64,000 nt of DNA from Octopus vulgaris. Lineage: Eukaryota. The stretch is from contig OX597816.1 of assembly GCA_951406725.2 (NCBI GenBank), forward strand, positions 92,814,001-92,878,000, in the 5' to 3' direction. Shown here in pieces: positions 1 to 12,744 of this stretch; the stretch's first letter is position 1; each line of letters begins with the position of its first letter. The position numbers and the translations under genes were made by a program. The notes beneath the pieces were generated by a model. The model was not told the DNA's origin and did no database searches. It worked only from the letters and a program-made list of their open reading frames with translations.

Positions 1-290
1 CAGGTTAATGAGGGATCGACACTTTTGAGAGAGAACGCATCCAGCATGAAGAACTTAAGCGAGCTGCGCGAAAGCGCACGGCTCGTATAGTGAATGGGGA
101 AAGCTTGGTCTGCAATGTTTGCAGTTGTGTATGCTTGTCAAGAGCAGGGCTCATTAGCCACCAACGGAGCCGCAAATGCAAAATATAAGTTAGTCCTAGA
201 GCGCACAATGTTCCTGAAGGTCGGCAATGGTCTTCCTCGGTCACGAGTGGACGGCCATCATGTATGTATGTATGTATGTATGTATGTGTG
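1..290 (+). mobile_element. 3' end of an RTE-clade LINE (C-terminal zinc-finger-like motif, 3' UTR, (TGTA)n tail)
   Basis: Frame 3 from 15 reads IDTFERERIQHEELKRAARK...LVCNVCSCVCLSRAGLISHQRS...*(186-188), joined by a 1-nt frameshift to QVNEG. The CxxC...GLxSHxR terminus is typical of RTE ORFs. It ends in (TGTA)n at about 261-285. Confidence 0.7.
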
Positions 291-780
291 TGTGTACACT
301 CACACAGAAAGCAGCGAATTGGCCGAGTCTTTAAAGAATCGGATTGAATGTCTTGCTGCATTTATTCCGGTTGTCTATCTTTTGATTACAAATTTCACCT
401 ACGACAACTTCCCTTTTCATCATTGGAATGGATAAATAGAGTATCAGTCAAGTGATGGGGTTAATTTCCCCCTCTCCGTCTCTCTCTAAATTTTAACTCT
501 CTCACAATCGCCTTTCGCTGACAACAATATTCGACAAAGATTTCATCATGTGCATATAGTACTTTTATTTGGAAAATTTAATGTCTAATTTTCCCCATTT
601 CCTACGGGAAATTTATTTGCAATATCTTCTGACGACTATTTCTTGTATAGCGTTAGATTTAGAGTTCATTCGAAAACTTTTTCAAGTTAAAGGCTGCTGT
701 TTAACAAATGTATAAAAGAATTATTTCATATGAAATCTTATAATAATTCTGCTTGTCATTGCGTTACTTAGCCCGTCGGT

Positions 781-1030
781 AACGCTTTCACGGGATTAGA
801 GAAAAGGGGGGAGAAGAAAAAGAGGAAAGGAGAAAAAAAGGGAGAGGGAGACGTCCATGACATAAGATAGTGGGAAAGTAATTGCAACGCTTTCACGTGA
901 TTAGTTGATGGGAAAGAGAGGAGAAAGAAAGAAGAGAAATGAGGATAAAGCGAAGACTGAGACAAAAAGAAGGAGAAAGAAAAAGTGGGAGAGAGAAGCG
1001 TCCATGACGTGAGGTGGGGTATCGTAATAT
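781..1030. repeat. Diverged purine-rich tandem duplication (about 105-145 bp units)
   Basis: AACGCTTTCACG(G/T)GATTAG occurs at 781 and 886, each followed by an (AG)-rich tract and CGTCCATGAC. Confidence 0.6.
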
Positions 1031-1260
1031 TTATTACTTCGTTAAAAAGGTTAGTTGAAGGTAGAGGAGGAGAGTTAGAAATATAATTTTAGCAGAGGGG
1101 TGATGTTCTGATGGTGAGGTTAAAGAAAGGCAGAGAGAGAGGAAGAGGGGAGAGGAGAGTGAGAGATGATGATGGTTGTGGTGATTGGATAGGGAAAAGT
1201 GTATTTTTTATCACCTATTACTTAAAGCATGCATTTATGTGCGAATCTCTTTCTCTCTTT

Positions 1261-1663
1261 CTCTCTTTTACTTGTTTCAGTCATTTGACTGCGGCCATGC
1301 TGGAGCACCGCCTTTAGTCGAGCAAATCGACCCCGGGACTTATTCTTTGTAAGCCCAGTACTTATTCTATCGGTCTCTTTTGCCAAACCGCTAAGTGACG
1401 GGGACGTAAACACACCAGCATCGGTTGTCAAGCAATGCTAGGGAGACAAACACAGACACACAAACACACACACACACATATATATATATATACACATATA
1501 CGACAGGCTTCTTTCAGTTTCCGTCTACCAAATCCACTCATAAGGCATTGGTCAGCCCGGGGCTATAGCAGAAGACACTTGCCCAAGATGCCACGCAGTG
1601 GGACTGAACCCGGAACCATGTGGTTGGCTAGCAAGCTACTTACCACACAGCCACTCCTGCGCC
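1261..1663 (-). mobile_element. Full-length tRNA-headed SINE, family A (bipartite, internal (CA)n(TA)n)
   Basis: The minus-strand head GGCGCAGGAGTGGCTGTGTGG...GGTTCAGTCCC carries Pol III A/B boxes. Near-identical copies lie at 47550-48897 and 51643-52036. Confidence 0.9.
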
Positions 1664-2409
1664 CAGTGAAATATTCATGTTTATTTACGTGGCAGATATA
1701 AGCAATTTAACTAAAGGTTGTATCATATATACGGGATATTTTGTTTGTTTGTTTATGGGAAAAGGGGGAAATAGTAGTGAATACTTATTCTATGAGTGCT
1801 GTGTATTAAGTCTATAAGATTGTGCATAAAGTATATAAAGTGAATTAAGTAATCATCGTATTCCAATTCCCTTCACTTTTCAATTTTTAGCAGATGAGCA
1901 ACTACCTTTCCATACAGACACAACACGGGCTTTGCTTTCAGCTTTTGCGGATAAAATTTTCAGAAATAACCCAATAGGTTTACCATTAAATCCGTGAAAT
2001 ATTCACGGGTCCCGCTATTTTATATAATACAAATAAAACATACCTGAACTATTTCTTCTACGTTGGAATCAGTTTGTTTTAAAATGCATAGAGGTAGTAA
2101 TTTGACAATTGGTAGCCGTAATTAAAAAACATCTGTATTTTGATCCATGAACGTTTATATTTTTCATTTAATAACTTCTTGAAGAAATTTGCTGTTCCAG
2201 GAATACGCAAAATTTAGCTTTACCTTAGAAACGAAAATGTTCTTCTACAAGAATATTTGGGTTTAATACATCTGGATTTGCTGGAAATTGCAACCTAATA
2301 TCACTCAAATCACATTCTGTCAAATTTAAAAAGGATTCGTTGGTTAATTCTGTCCTACATGATAAAGCTTTTGTCAGCATCTTGTAACATACACACCTAC
2401 ATACATATA

Positions 2410-2445
<36 letters not shown>

Positions 2446-3076
2446 GCACACACACAATCAGAACATACGCAACGAAGAAAAGAGGACTTGTTTATAGACA
2501 ATACTAAGCAAATAGCAAAAAATATACTCTACGCAAAGGAAAAACACAGAATGGTCTTGATAAGAATACTTTTCATCATAAATAAGCTCGATTAGGTTTT
2601 CGTCCTGAAGTAAAACTCACACACAGCAAAAATTAATATCCCTCACACCACCAAGTACCTGCTCAACTTGCTAAGAATAGCAGCCAAATCTTCCCAAACC
2701 ACACTCTGCTCTTTTAAAATTTCACGTTAGATAATGCAGTCTTGATAAATAGTAGTAACAACTAACCCCAAATGACAGTCAAAGGTAGCAGACGACACTA
2801 GCTAGAAACAGGAACTAATTCTCTCAAAGTACAAATAGGAATCTTGAATTTAAAAAGGTGGTCCTGTGTTTCTTTATCTAGAGAAGAAAACGGGATAGTT
2901 ATGTGTCTTCCCTATTAGAATAACAAGCATCGATACAACGCACGCAGATACACACTAGTGGTCTCTCCACCTACATTAATTAATCACCATATATAAACTC
3001 AATGTCATTGATGAAAACACCATCTCCCCTGTCTCTGACTTCCACACTCTCCTGAACGTCCTACCTCTCTCTCAGT

Positions 3077-3111
<35 letters not shown>

Positions 3112-4569
3112 AACACACTGACTTATCCACTCGTTTGCTCTGTCGAACTGCCAAGTATGCTTTAAATATTTATATATGAAAAGGAACATTTTATATTTCT
3201 CAACGTTTCTAAAATACGATCTAAATGCAAATGCGTATGCATATATGTATGTGTGTGTGTACATGTATACAAGCTATTTATTTAATGCAGTATATAAAGC
3301 ATAGCATGTAACCAATGCTCTTTTATATAACTTGATAGACGTGTCCGTAAAGAGAAATCTGTTGCAAAGATGCTGGTTAATGCGCACTATTTGAATGAGT
3401 GCGTGTCAGAAGGCTAGTAACATTTAAATATATGTTAACAAACCGGAGAATTTATTCTGGCGCAATCAAGATATTACCGGAGTTTGGCAGGTAAGCCTTC
3501 ACGATAATCGGGAAGGAATCAAGCGTTTATTCATTAGTAATTGTGCAATCTGTGTATCGTAGATATCAGCCTTCCCGTCAATCGGGAGAAGCAAAAAAAT
3601 GTTCATTCCTTAGTATATTCCCATAAGTTGGGAAAAAAATCAGTGCATTAATGTACAAGTCCTTCCGTCGATGAGTGCTAATTTCTGATCAAAGTCCTGC
3701 CAGGCCGAAGCTCATCTAACCTGCTTACTATCCAGTCTACTCGACTACTGGCTTTTCTTTTTAAAGCTCGCGCTTCAGTGCCCGGGCCGTGTGTGTCCTT
3801 CCGCGGCCAGCAGTGATTGGTTAGTTTAAGCAAAATGACTAAATTAAGCTTCCATCGGAAAGTAGTGCTAATATGACTTGCTACATTTATATTTCGAAAT
3901 ACCTTGTTGTTGGTGTCCATCGATATCCAAAATACAGAATCACCGGAATATACAGAGATAGAAATATGTTCATACGTTTAGTCTCTATATCCTTTAACGT
4001 GTTTCGTTGATAACTAGAACTACTATGCGAGGATATATCTTACAATCAAGTGACATTCTCATATCGTCAGAGTTACCATAATAAACGAATAATCTACACA
4101 CAATGGATCTATTCATCGATGAAACACGTGTAAGGTTGTAGTAAGAAAAGATATGAAAATATCTCCACTATTGTTATACATACACGCGTACTCACACATA
4201 AGCATGAATATATCTCAATTAATAAAGAAAATGAATGTTCAAAAATATTCAGAAATGGAAAAAGACTTAATTCAATTTATACTGACAAGACCAATCCATT
4301 TGAGAATACATAATGATCAAAAATGATCAAAAATCGTAAATAATTTAAACTTTTATATAGTTTACTTTTTGCATTTTAACTGCATTTATATGATTCCTTA
4401 CGTGGTCATTCGATCTGATAGAAATCTTTATCAAATCTCCTTCAAAACAAAGAATCTCATCTTTAAAAAAGTAGGAAATGTTGGAAGATATATTCTTAGA
4501 TGTGCTGTTGTGCTGTGCATCAAAAGAAAAGAAGAGACGTCATGATGTGCAGTAATTTTAACAAAGTAT

Positions 4570-4793
4570 GTGGGTTTCAAAATTTGGCAAAAGACCAACA
4601 ATTTCAGGAGAGAGGGTAATCGATTACATCGATCCTAGTGCTCGATTGGCTGGTACTTATTTTATCGACCCTGAGAAGATTAAAAGTCAAAGTCGACCTT
4701 GGCAGAATTTGAACACAGAACGTAAAGATGAACAAAATACAGCTAAGCATTTTGCTCGGCGTGCTAGCGATTCTGCCAGTTCACCGTCTTAAG
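4570..4793 (-). mobile_element. SINE, family B (head AAGGCGGCGAGCTGGCAGAA...GAGTTCAAATTC)
   Basis: Homologous copies lie at 8882, 20946, 43040, 53425 and 57797. A B-box-like GTTCAAATTC is present. Confidence 0.8.
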
Positions 4794-6031
4794 TTTTAAC
4801 TCTATATTAAAACCTAATCAAGATGCTTTCTATTGGCAGTCGAGAATATATGTTGTTACTGTTACTTGAAAATCAAGTTTCAGACATGTTCTTCACAAAG
4901 GAAGGCATATGAAAGAATCTGCTCACTTCGACAGCAAGCTTGCCAGTATCTGACAACCCATACAAAAGAAACGAAATCAACTACATCGATTGCAAAGGAA
5001 ATTCAAAATTACTACCACTTTAGTCATGAATCTCCTTCATTAGGTCTGACTTGGGGCTTAACAATAAAAAATAGTGTCTAATTCCGAACACCAGTGTTTG
5101 ACGAGTACTTTATCTCCTCGATTGTGAAAGGATGAAACGCCTTGCAGACTTGGCAGGATTTGAATCTAGAATGAAAAGTCCAGAAGAAATACCATAAGAC
5201 GTTTTGCCCGACACTCTAATGATTCTGCCAATCCAAAAACCGATGAAGTTCAGGAGCATTTGTTGGAGTGGAACAACAACAATGGATATCAGACCGCATA
5301 GGTAGGTGGCCTAGTGGTTAGGATATTCAGCTCATGATCACAAGGCTTTAAGTTCAATTCCATGACCAGGTAGCGTATTGAATTCTTGAGCAGGACTCTT
5401 TATTTTATATTGCTCTAGAGTATTCATCTTTTATAAGTGCCAACATGTTACTAGTTCCACCCTCTCTTCCTCTAGCTCTCATATCTTGGATGTTCTTCTG
5501 GATCCAGGGTGACTATGTTTGCTCGCGAGTACACACATTCCTAAGGCAATTAGCGTAAATATGGCACGTTACTCAGTCTATACGCAAGTAAATGACAACA
5601 AGAATATATTATTTACAGACGACATTCTTTGTAACGTTTGGTCCCATCAGCTTTCGAGTCTGGGGGTTCTCTGAATGTTCTTTCTTCTAATCGGCCTTAA
5701 AATATTCACTTCGTTTTGATCAAGTCAAGAGGAGTCGAAATGATGTCAAAAGTAAATCCTTTGTACCATCATTAATATAAGCGTTGTCGGCTTTGATATT
5801 ATTGTTTGTGCTGGTATCTCTTACCATCAATAGAGTCATGTTGTTGTGCAGGTTATATTCATAAAGATGCTATCTCAGCTTCTACTCTTCACTTTGATAA
5901 TGATAGCATGAATAACGTTGAAGTTTCTGTCGTTTTCCGGGGTTAATTTTATTGTTGATGAAATACTGTAGCAGATTCAAGATAGAATCGCTTGATAACC
6001 AAATGAGCATCACAGCTAAGCCACTGTCGTT

Positions 6032-6105
6032 TCACGTGATCAGCCAGTTAGCCGAGCAATCACATGAATCAACTTTCTAGAAGCTTCGCGTTGAGCTCTA
6101 TATAA
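6032..6105 (+). promoter_or_regulatory. Candidate Pol II promoter: E-boxes, heat-shock element and TATA box
   Basis: TCACGTGA at 6032-6039, TCACATGA at 6060-6067, TTC-ta-GAA-gc-TTC at 6075-6087 and TATATAA at 6099-6105, all in apparently unique CpG-retaining DNA. There is no transcript evidence. Confidence 0.35.
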
Positions 6106-6852
6106 GCAGGTGTTTTGGCGGCAACTCCAGAATGTTGAGGCAGCCACTTGAAGTATCCATTAGACAGATTTTGTCATCATGGATAGAGCACGATTATTTT
6201 CCAGTTATGGTGGGTCATCCACAGATTGCTATATACCAATTTAACTACTATATATCTATTAGATTGTCGTAGACCTCAGTAGTATGTCTCTCCCGCTGGT
6301 TAAATGTCGCTGTTACTTTTCATCAAAAGTCAAACACAGAAAACACTGTGAATAAATAAGCTTCTCTTAACTGTTCGAGACTTGTTAATCATTTTTACAC
6401 GCAGCCCTAGAAAAGCATTTTCGTTTTCCTCCAGCATCAAGTACCGAACGATACCTCCCGACAATACTATTTCGGACTATCACTACTAACTCTATTCTGG
6501 CTCTCTTCCACTGCATCTTTTACCTTGATTACTTTCAACGTTATTGTTGACATTTTCTCTCTGCTCTCTACTTTATGACTATTTTTATTTATTGCTATAA
6601 TTTGTGTGTTGTTTTTTTTAAAAATTTTTTGTTGGTGAAAGATGATTGTCAACAGCTTTCTTGACATTATTGACGATTGTTTCTGTCCACTCAGGCAGAC
6701 ACTACTATAAAATACCTATATTTCTCTCTCCCCACACCACCACCGCACACAAATATTCTTGGTCACCCCTTCTAGAAAATAAACCAATAATGATTCCAAC
6801 TTTTGAAATACGAATACAGCACACGAAGTACATCGTATGTTCTTTATAGGTA

Positions 6853-6894
<42 letters not shown>

Positions 6895-7189
6895 GCTACT
6901 ACTGGGAATACGTAAAGCATGTAAAAAGAAGGATAAGAGGAATAAACAAAAAATTCGAATCAGTTATAATTCCCCCCCCCCAAAAAAAAAGTGGAGGGCC
7001 TATGAGGGCTTTTATTAAAAATCCAACACAACTACTGTCACCCTAATCACTAAGGTACGTACCCTTTTCCAACAGTCCTTCTCTAATCTACAAGCATATA
7101 TTCAAAGCACGCCTATTTATTTGCATCATGCCTGCCACTCGCATCCTCCAATCAAAAACTACATTCAGTTCCATCAATCTGTCTACACT

Positions 7190-8160
7190 TTCAAATTATC
7201 ATTTTATTGATTAATAAGTGATCTTTTGTTGTCCTACTTTCTGTTTTTTTTCCTGCAACCTTTCTGTTCTTCTGGAAGTGGACTGTTACTTTCCAGATCA
7301 CTGTATAACTCTTCTGCCAAGACACCAGCATAAGCAGTAAACAGGTTATAGGTAAAAAAATTTGATGCCAAATTCCCTTTAAAGAGATCCTTGAGGCATA
7401 GCAGCATTTGTCCACTTGTCATCCAGGATGGGAAGTGACCTTGCTGCAGGCAGTCATCCAGATATGTAACGATCCTTTCATGAGCTGTGTAAATTTCTTC
7501 AGCCAATAACTCTGTACTGTTTCCAGGCCTAATCCTTTCCAATTTGCTATTTTTTAACTTCTGTTTCACTGTATATGGATTAATTCTGACGTCCTTTTGT
7601 CTTGGTACAGTTGCAAGTCTCACTGGCCTGTACACCAACCTTCTCAAAATTCTTTACTTTCTTCCTCAAATAGACGCCTTCTATTTGATTGGAACAGTTT
7701 ATTCTGTTTGAAACCTTTGCATCTAGTATCATATCTTTTCAATTTGGCCCTTAATGCTGTCACCATTTGTGTCAATTCTTCATGTACTATTTTTCTCCTT
7801 TCTTCTAACCTGTATTGTCCATTCAATTTTCTGATTACTACCTTATTCTTGAACTCTCCTCTCATTATCCTATTCAATTGCCCCAGTTCTTTCTATCTCT
7901 TTTTAAGCTTCATACATATTCTCTTCCTCCAGTTTGATTGTTTCTTTCCATTTCCTTTAATATCTTCCATTTTTTATTTGTAGTCTACTAAGTCAGCAAT
8001 GACATTAGCAGCAGCAATATTTAACTGGTTTGTTTCACTGACGTTTTTTTGTTTTAATCAAGCTTGTTTTCTGTTCGTATATCTTACATTTTGTGTTACT
8101 TCACTGTTTCCATGACATATTACCTCGTAACATTTCTAAAATCTCCTTCTCTTCATCATT
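7190..8160 (-). mobile_element. Decayed RLE-type (R4/Dong-like) non-LTR retrotransposon fragment, pre-RT region and RT start
   Basis: ORF pieces read TALRAKLKRYDTRCKGFKQNKLFQSNRRRLFEE, HERIVTYLDDCLQQGHFPSWMTSGQMLLCLKD...GNLASNF, LPEEQKGCRK and TKDHLLINKMII, with frameshifts. The fragment abuts (ATT)n. Confidence 0.75.
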
Positions 8161-8167
8161 CAAATCT

Positions 8168-8182
8168 TATTATTATCATTGC

Positions 8183-8239
<57 letters not shown>

Positions 8240-8294
8240 TACTATTATCATTATTATTATTATCATTATTATTATTATTATTATTACTATTATT
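8168..8294. repeat. (ATT)n microsatellite
   Basis: Seen directly in the sequence. Confidence 0.95.
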
Positions 8295-8826
8295 AAGAGA
8301 GCACTGCATGCCTTCAAAGTGACACTCGGGTAAAATATACGAAGCTGAATATATCCATCATGGCTACCCATCTGATAAGGGTACATCAGACACATGCATC
8401 ATAACCATATGTCTGTGACATGGTGGTCTCATATCAAAATAAACAGTGCATGCAGCTAGAATTTTCTTCAGGTTGAGTAGCCCATCCTGCTCAAAAGGTC
8501 CCTGAATAAGGTTTGTCTAAGGATGTTGAACAAAACACCCATGTTTCTAAAGGTGAATTATCCAAACCCCAAAGAATTCCTCTGAACACACATCTATGAT
8601 GCTCCTCCACTACTTCTGCTCATGACCAGAGATGTAATATCGTCAGCCTCTAAGTGACATGGTCAACTGGTTAAGGTCAAACAACTGACAAGCAAACATG
8701 TGGTATTGAGCAGAGAATTTGCTGTAGCCCATCTTTTATATCAAGATAAAACAATGTACATGATAACACTTCCTATCTGTTAAGATCAGAAGCCATGAGA
8801 GAGACTGCCTGGTACTGCATCAAGGC

Positions 8827-8830
<4 letters not shown>
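8295..8830. mobile_element. About 535-bp non-coding insertion bounded on both sides by (ATT)n
   Basis: It has sharp boundaries with (ATT)n at 8168-8294 and 8831-8862, higher GC than its flanks, and no credible ORF. Confidence 0.5.
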
Positions 8831-8866
<36 letters not shown>

Positions 8867-8881
8867 AATAATAATAATTAT

Positions 8882-9085
8882 ATGGTGAGTCAGCAGAATC
8901 ATTAGCATGCCAGATAAAATGCATAGCAGCATTTTGTCCATCCTTATGTTTTGGGTTCAAATTCCACTGAGGTTGACTTTGCCTTTCATCCTTTCAGGGT
9001 TGACGCCTTTCATTCTTTCAGTGCCAGTATCGATGCAATCGACTGGCCTCTTCCTCAAATTTCAGGCATTATGTGTATAGTAGAA
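8882..9085 (+). mobile_element. SINE family B, CpG-decayed copy
   Basis: GGTTCAAATTCCACTGAGGTTGACTTTGCCTTTCATCCTTTC is shared with the other family B copies. Confidence 0.75.
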
Positions 9086-12000
9086 AATATTATTATTATT
9101 ACTATTATTATTATCATCATTATCATCATCATAACTATCAAGTTTCTTTCCATTATTATCCTTATCTTCAACATCAGCATCATTGCTGTCTTCATCATCA
9201 TTTTTGCCACCTTCATGCACATGATGATAATGATAACCAAGGAGCTATATGTACAAAAAGACATTCATCTCTTCCAATTCCCCAAAATAAATCCATCCTA
9301 TCCATGCTAGCATGGAAAATCGTGTGTGAATTAGCAAATCCAAATTCATTCGATTCACCAAAGATTAATAATTGAAGCACTGAATAATATTAATGGACTT
9401 AACTCAAATATGTTAGTGGTACTTATAAACTTTGGAAGGATAAACAGCAAAGTTGAACTCATCCATCATTTCACCTTAAAACTGAGTGTCAGGACTAAGT
9501 ACTTTAATGTATTTAATCTGATGATATAGTGTCTTAAATATTCCTTTCGGTAAATACAAGATGGGAAATTTCTTATACTGGCACCAAGTCCTATAAATCT
9601 GTTGGATAGGGACATATTTAAACGTCACAATTTTGTAGAGTGAAAATATAATTACTTAAGTCTATCCAGTGCTTGCCTGGTAATTATATTATCAGCTACA
9701 GGGTCCTGAATGGTAGGGTCAGTGTTGTGGTGCTTGACTTCAGGATTAAGGAGTAAGGTAAATATTCTGAATACAATTATCCCATTGCTGTGCCCTTTCT
9801 ACTTTTCTATTAACCTGTAAATCATTTATCATAAGTCTGTTGATATGATAATAGAGTTAACAATGATTTTGATGGTAATGATAATGATGATGATGATGTC
9901 TATGATGGTGCTGATGATCATGATGGTGGTGGTGGTGGTCTTGGGTCATTATGATGATTGTTGCCATCATCCTCATTACCGTGATAAATAAAATGAAATT
10001 AGGATATGTGGTAATCATTTTAATTATAAAGATTGTCCTTACTGTCTAACACATATATTGATCCAACCACAGTCAACTGTTCAAATATCTTCACAGATTA
10101 TAAACTGTCTCCATGACAAAGATATTTAATGCTCTGTGAGTCAATCCATCTATGATAATAGTAGAAGATAGAGAGAATGTGTGAAGGATCACATCAATGC
10201 TGTGTGCCAAAGATCTGTTACTGAAATGTGACAGTAAAGTTTGAAGAGTGGATTCAAATCTACTCATGAATAAAGCCAGCCATGAAAAATATGTCTGCTA
10301 ATTCTTTAATAGCAAGAAATATGGGATGTGTTTTAGGGTATATTTCCAACAATAAGTAATATATTTCAGGAATAAGAGGCATAAACAAGAATCTCAAGCA
10401 AATCAGATTTAATCAACAGATTAAACCTCTCTAACTTTTCAATGCTTATTCCCCACTTCTAGCTAACTGTGTTGGAGAACAAGGAAAAATAGATTTATGA
10501 CGATGCAGTCATGAGATATAACATAATCTAACTTTAAATATACAGATATATCTACTTAAACCTGATTTTCCAACTCTGTATTTTGGATTGGTTGAAGCCT
10601 TGTGTCCAAAGAATTTAGAAAGATTTGTGATATTTCTGTCTACTTAATTCTGGCTTTCCATCAATATATTTTTCATAGGTAAGTCCTTATGTCCAAAGTT
10701 TTTAAAGTAATTCTTGATAGCAATGAAACAGTGGGAGATGTGATTGTATGAGTTCAATTCTACTGTAGGTGCTTCAAACCCATCATATGATAACGAGGAT
10801 TCAGTGGTTTGAGCAACTGAATTATCTGTTCATTGAATGGATATGTAATTGATTAATCATTCCAAAGACATAAGTACACTTAACACAGAATCAGCATGGC
10901 AATCACTTACTAACACTTTTCCACATTGAAAATATTCAGAGAGCAACATCTTATCTCCAATTTTCCATGAAATTATGCTAATGAGAAATAAATCTTCTAG
11001 TCTATTTCATGTAACTTTTCCATAGCTAAAATTTAACTCTTTACTATAAAACCTATAAAATTCTAAGAGTGACCTATGCTATTCCTTGGTGGTAGTCATT
11101 CCTTGGATTATACAAACTCATAGTAACTAGTTATATCTACAAAAATAGTGCAATTCAGAATGAAATAACTTTGTCATAAACACTATGTTGTGCTAGTGGT
11201 AAACTGCATAATCAACTTCATATCTGTGTCCGGAACCCTATCGTCTCATATGGTACCCCTTATTATCTCTATGTCTGCTACTCTATTCACTCTACTACTT
11301 CTTTGATTATGGCTTCATCCAGCGTAGCTCAATAAATCTGCTTGCTGGGAATAAGTAACTGAACTCATAGGTAAGGATTAGTTTTCCTTCAAGATAAGTT
11401 TAGATTTTGTCACTTCGTGATATTTTAAAGACACGTTACTTTTACATAAAATTTTAATGCTACTGCTGGCTAAATGAACAGAGATCCACTATATCCACCT
11501 CAAATACAATTTAATGTTCACAACTCAATGTTACATAGAGTCTCTTCAATTTTCAATGGCCCAATCTGCTTAATCATCAGGAAAAATTACAAGGAGATAC
11601 ATTTTCTCCAATTATCATAACAAAAATGATGAAGCTTGGATTTTATTTCTAATGTGATGAATATTGATATAAACTAATACTATCATGTTTCCACTTATAT
11701 TACCTTAACACAGAATCAGCATGGCAATCACTTACTAACACTTTTCTACATCGAAAATATTCAGAGGGCATACCTTTAATATGCACATATGATTGGCTTG
11801 CTGGAAATAGTAACAGAATTTCCCTCAAATTACACAGTTGTTTTTAACACAACAAAACTATGAAGAGATTTTATATCAGATAATTCCACAGCCTTTTACC
11901 TTCTAATAGTGTGTATATATTTAGAATGATATATGGATGGCAATCTTTATTCAATACTGTTTCAATTGTATATATTGAGTTTTTTTTTTCTACAATCGGG

Positions 12001-12744
12001 CATGCTTCTACAATACTAGTGACTGTTTTATTCACAGTATTCTGTATATTGATGTTGTCATCATCATGTATTGAACACTTTTGCAGTGCATCAATGACAC
12101 TACAATGCAAGTCATCCCAATTAAGTATGACTTCTTCCATTGGATAAAGCCATAGCATCATTTTACTCTGACTTTATCATAGTGCTTTATTGATATTGGG
12201 GTGGTTTGCCATTGACTTCCTCAGCTAGAGGCCATTGGCCCATTAGGAGCTCATCTACCCATTGACAGGTGTAGTTTTTAGTCCTCCTACGCATTCAGAA
12301 ATTCTCCTCACAAAAGTAGCAAGCTACTCAACTTAGGGAGCCAGTTTAATTGCTAACCATTTAACTATGAAGCAGGTAGTACTGGTTTACATGGTACCAG
12401 TAGCAGGTCCCATCAGCCTGTGATGAAATCCCCTTTCTGGCTCATACACTGATGTACAAAATTTTATTTAAGCAAATAACAATTGAGTGCATGGCATTGA
12501 CAAACGTCCAAAAAGATGAAAAGCAATTGTTGAATTTGTGAGTCACTGCAGCTCAATAGTACATTTCCCTCTAGTATATACTGCATTTTTAACACAATAA
12601 GTCCATGAAAAGATTTTATCACAGGCAATTTCCACAGCATCTTGCAATCTAATGTTGCGTATACATTTAGTACAATACACAAGGCAACACAGATGCATGT
12701 ATATATACAAACACACACACACACACACTCACACACACATATAT

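Noticed and set aside
622-690. CTGACGA...CGAAA resembling a hammerhead
   Set aside because: Stem I has a mismatch, stem II does not close next to GAAA, and there is no second copy in the window.
2040-2356. Minus-strand exon-like stretch (TELTNESFLNLTECDLSDIRL) with donor-like sites near 2223 and 2043
   Set aside because: A stop codon precedes the first donor, all frames in 2044-2220 are interrupted, and I do not recognise the protein.
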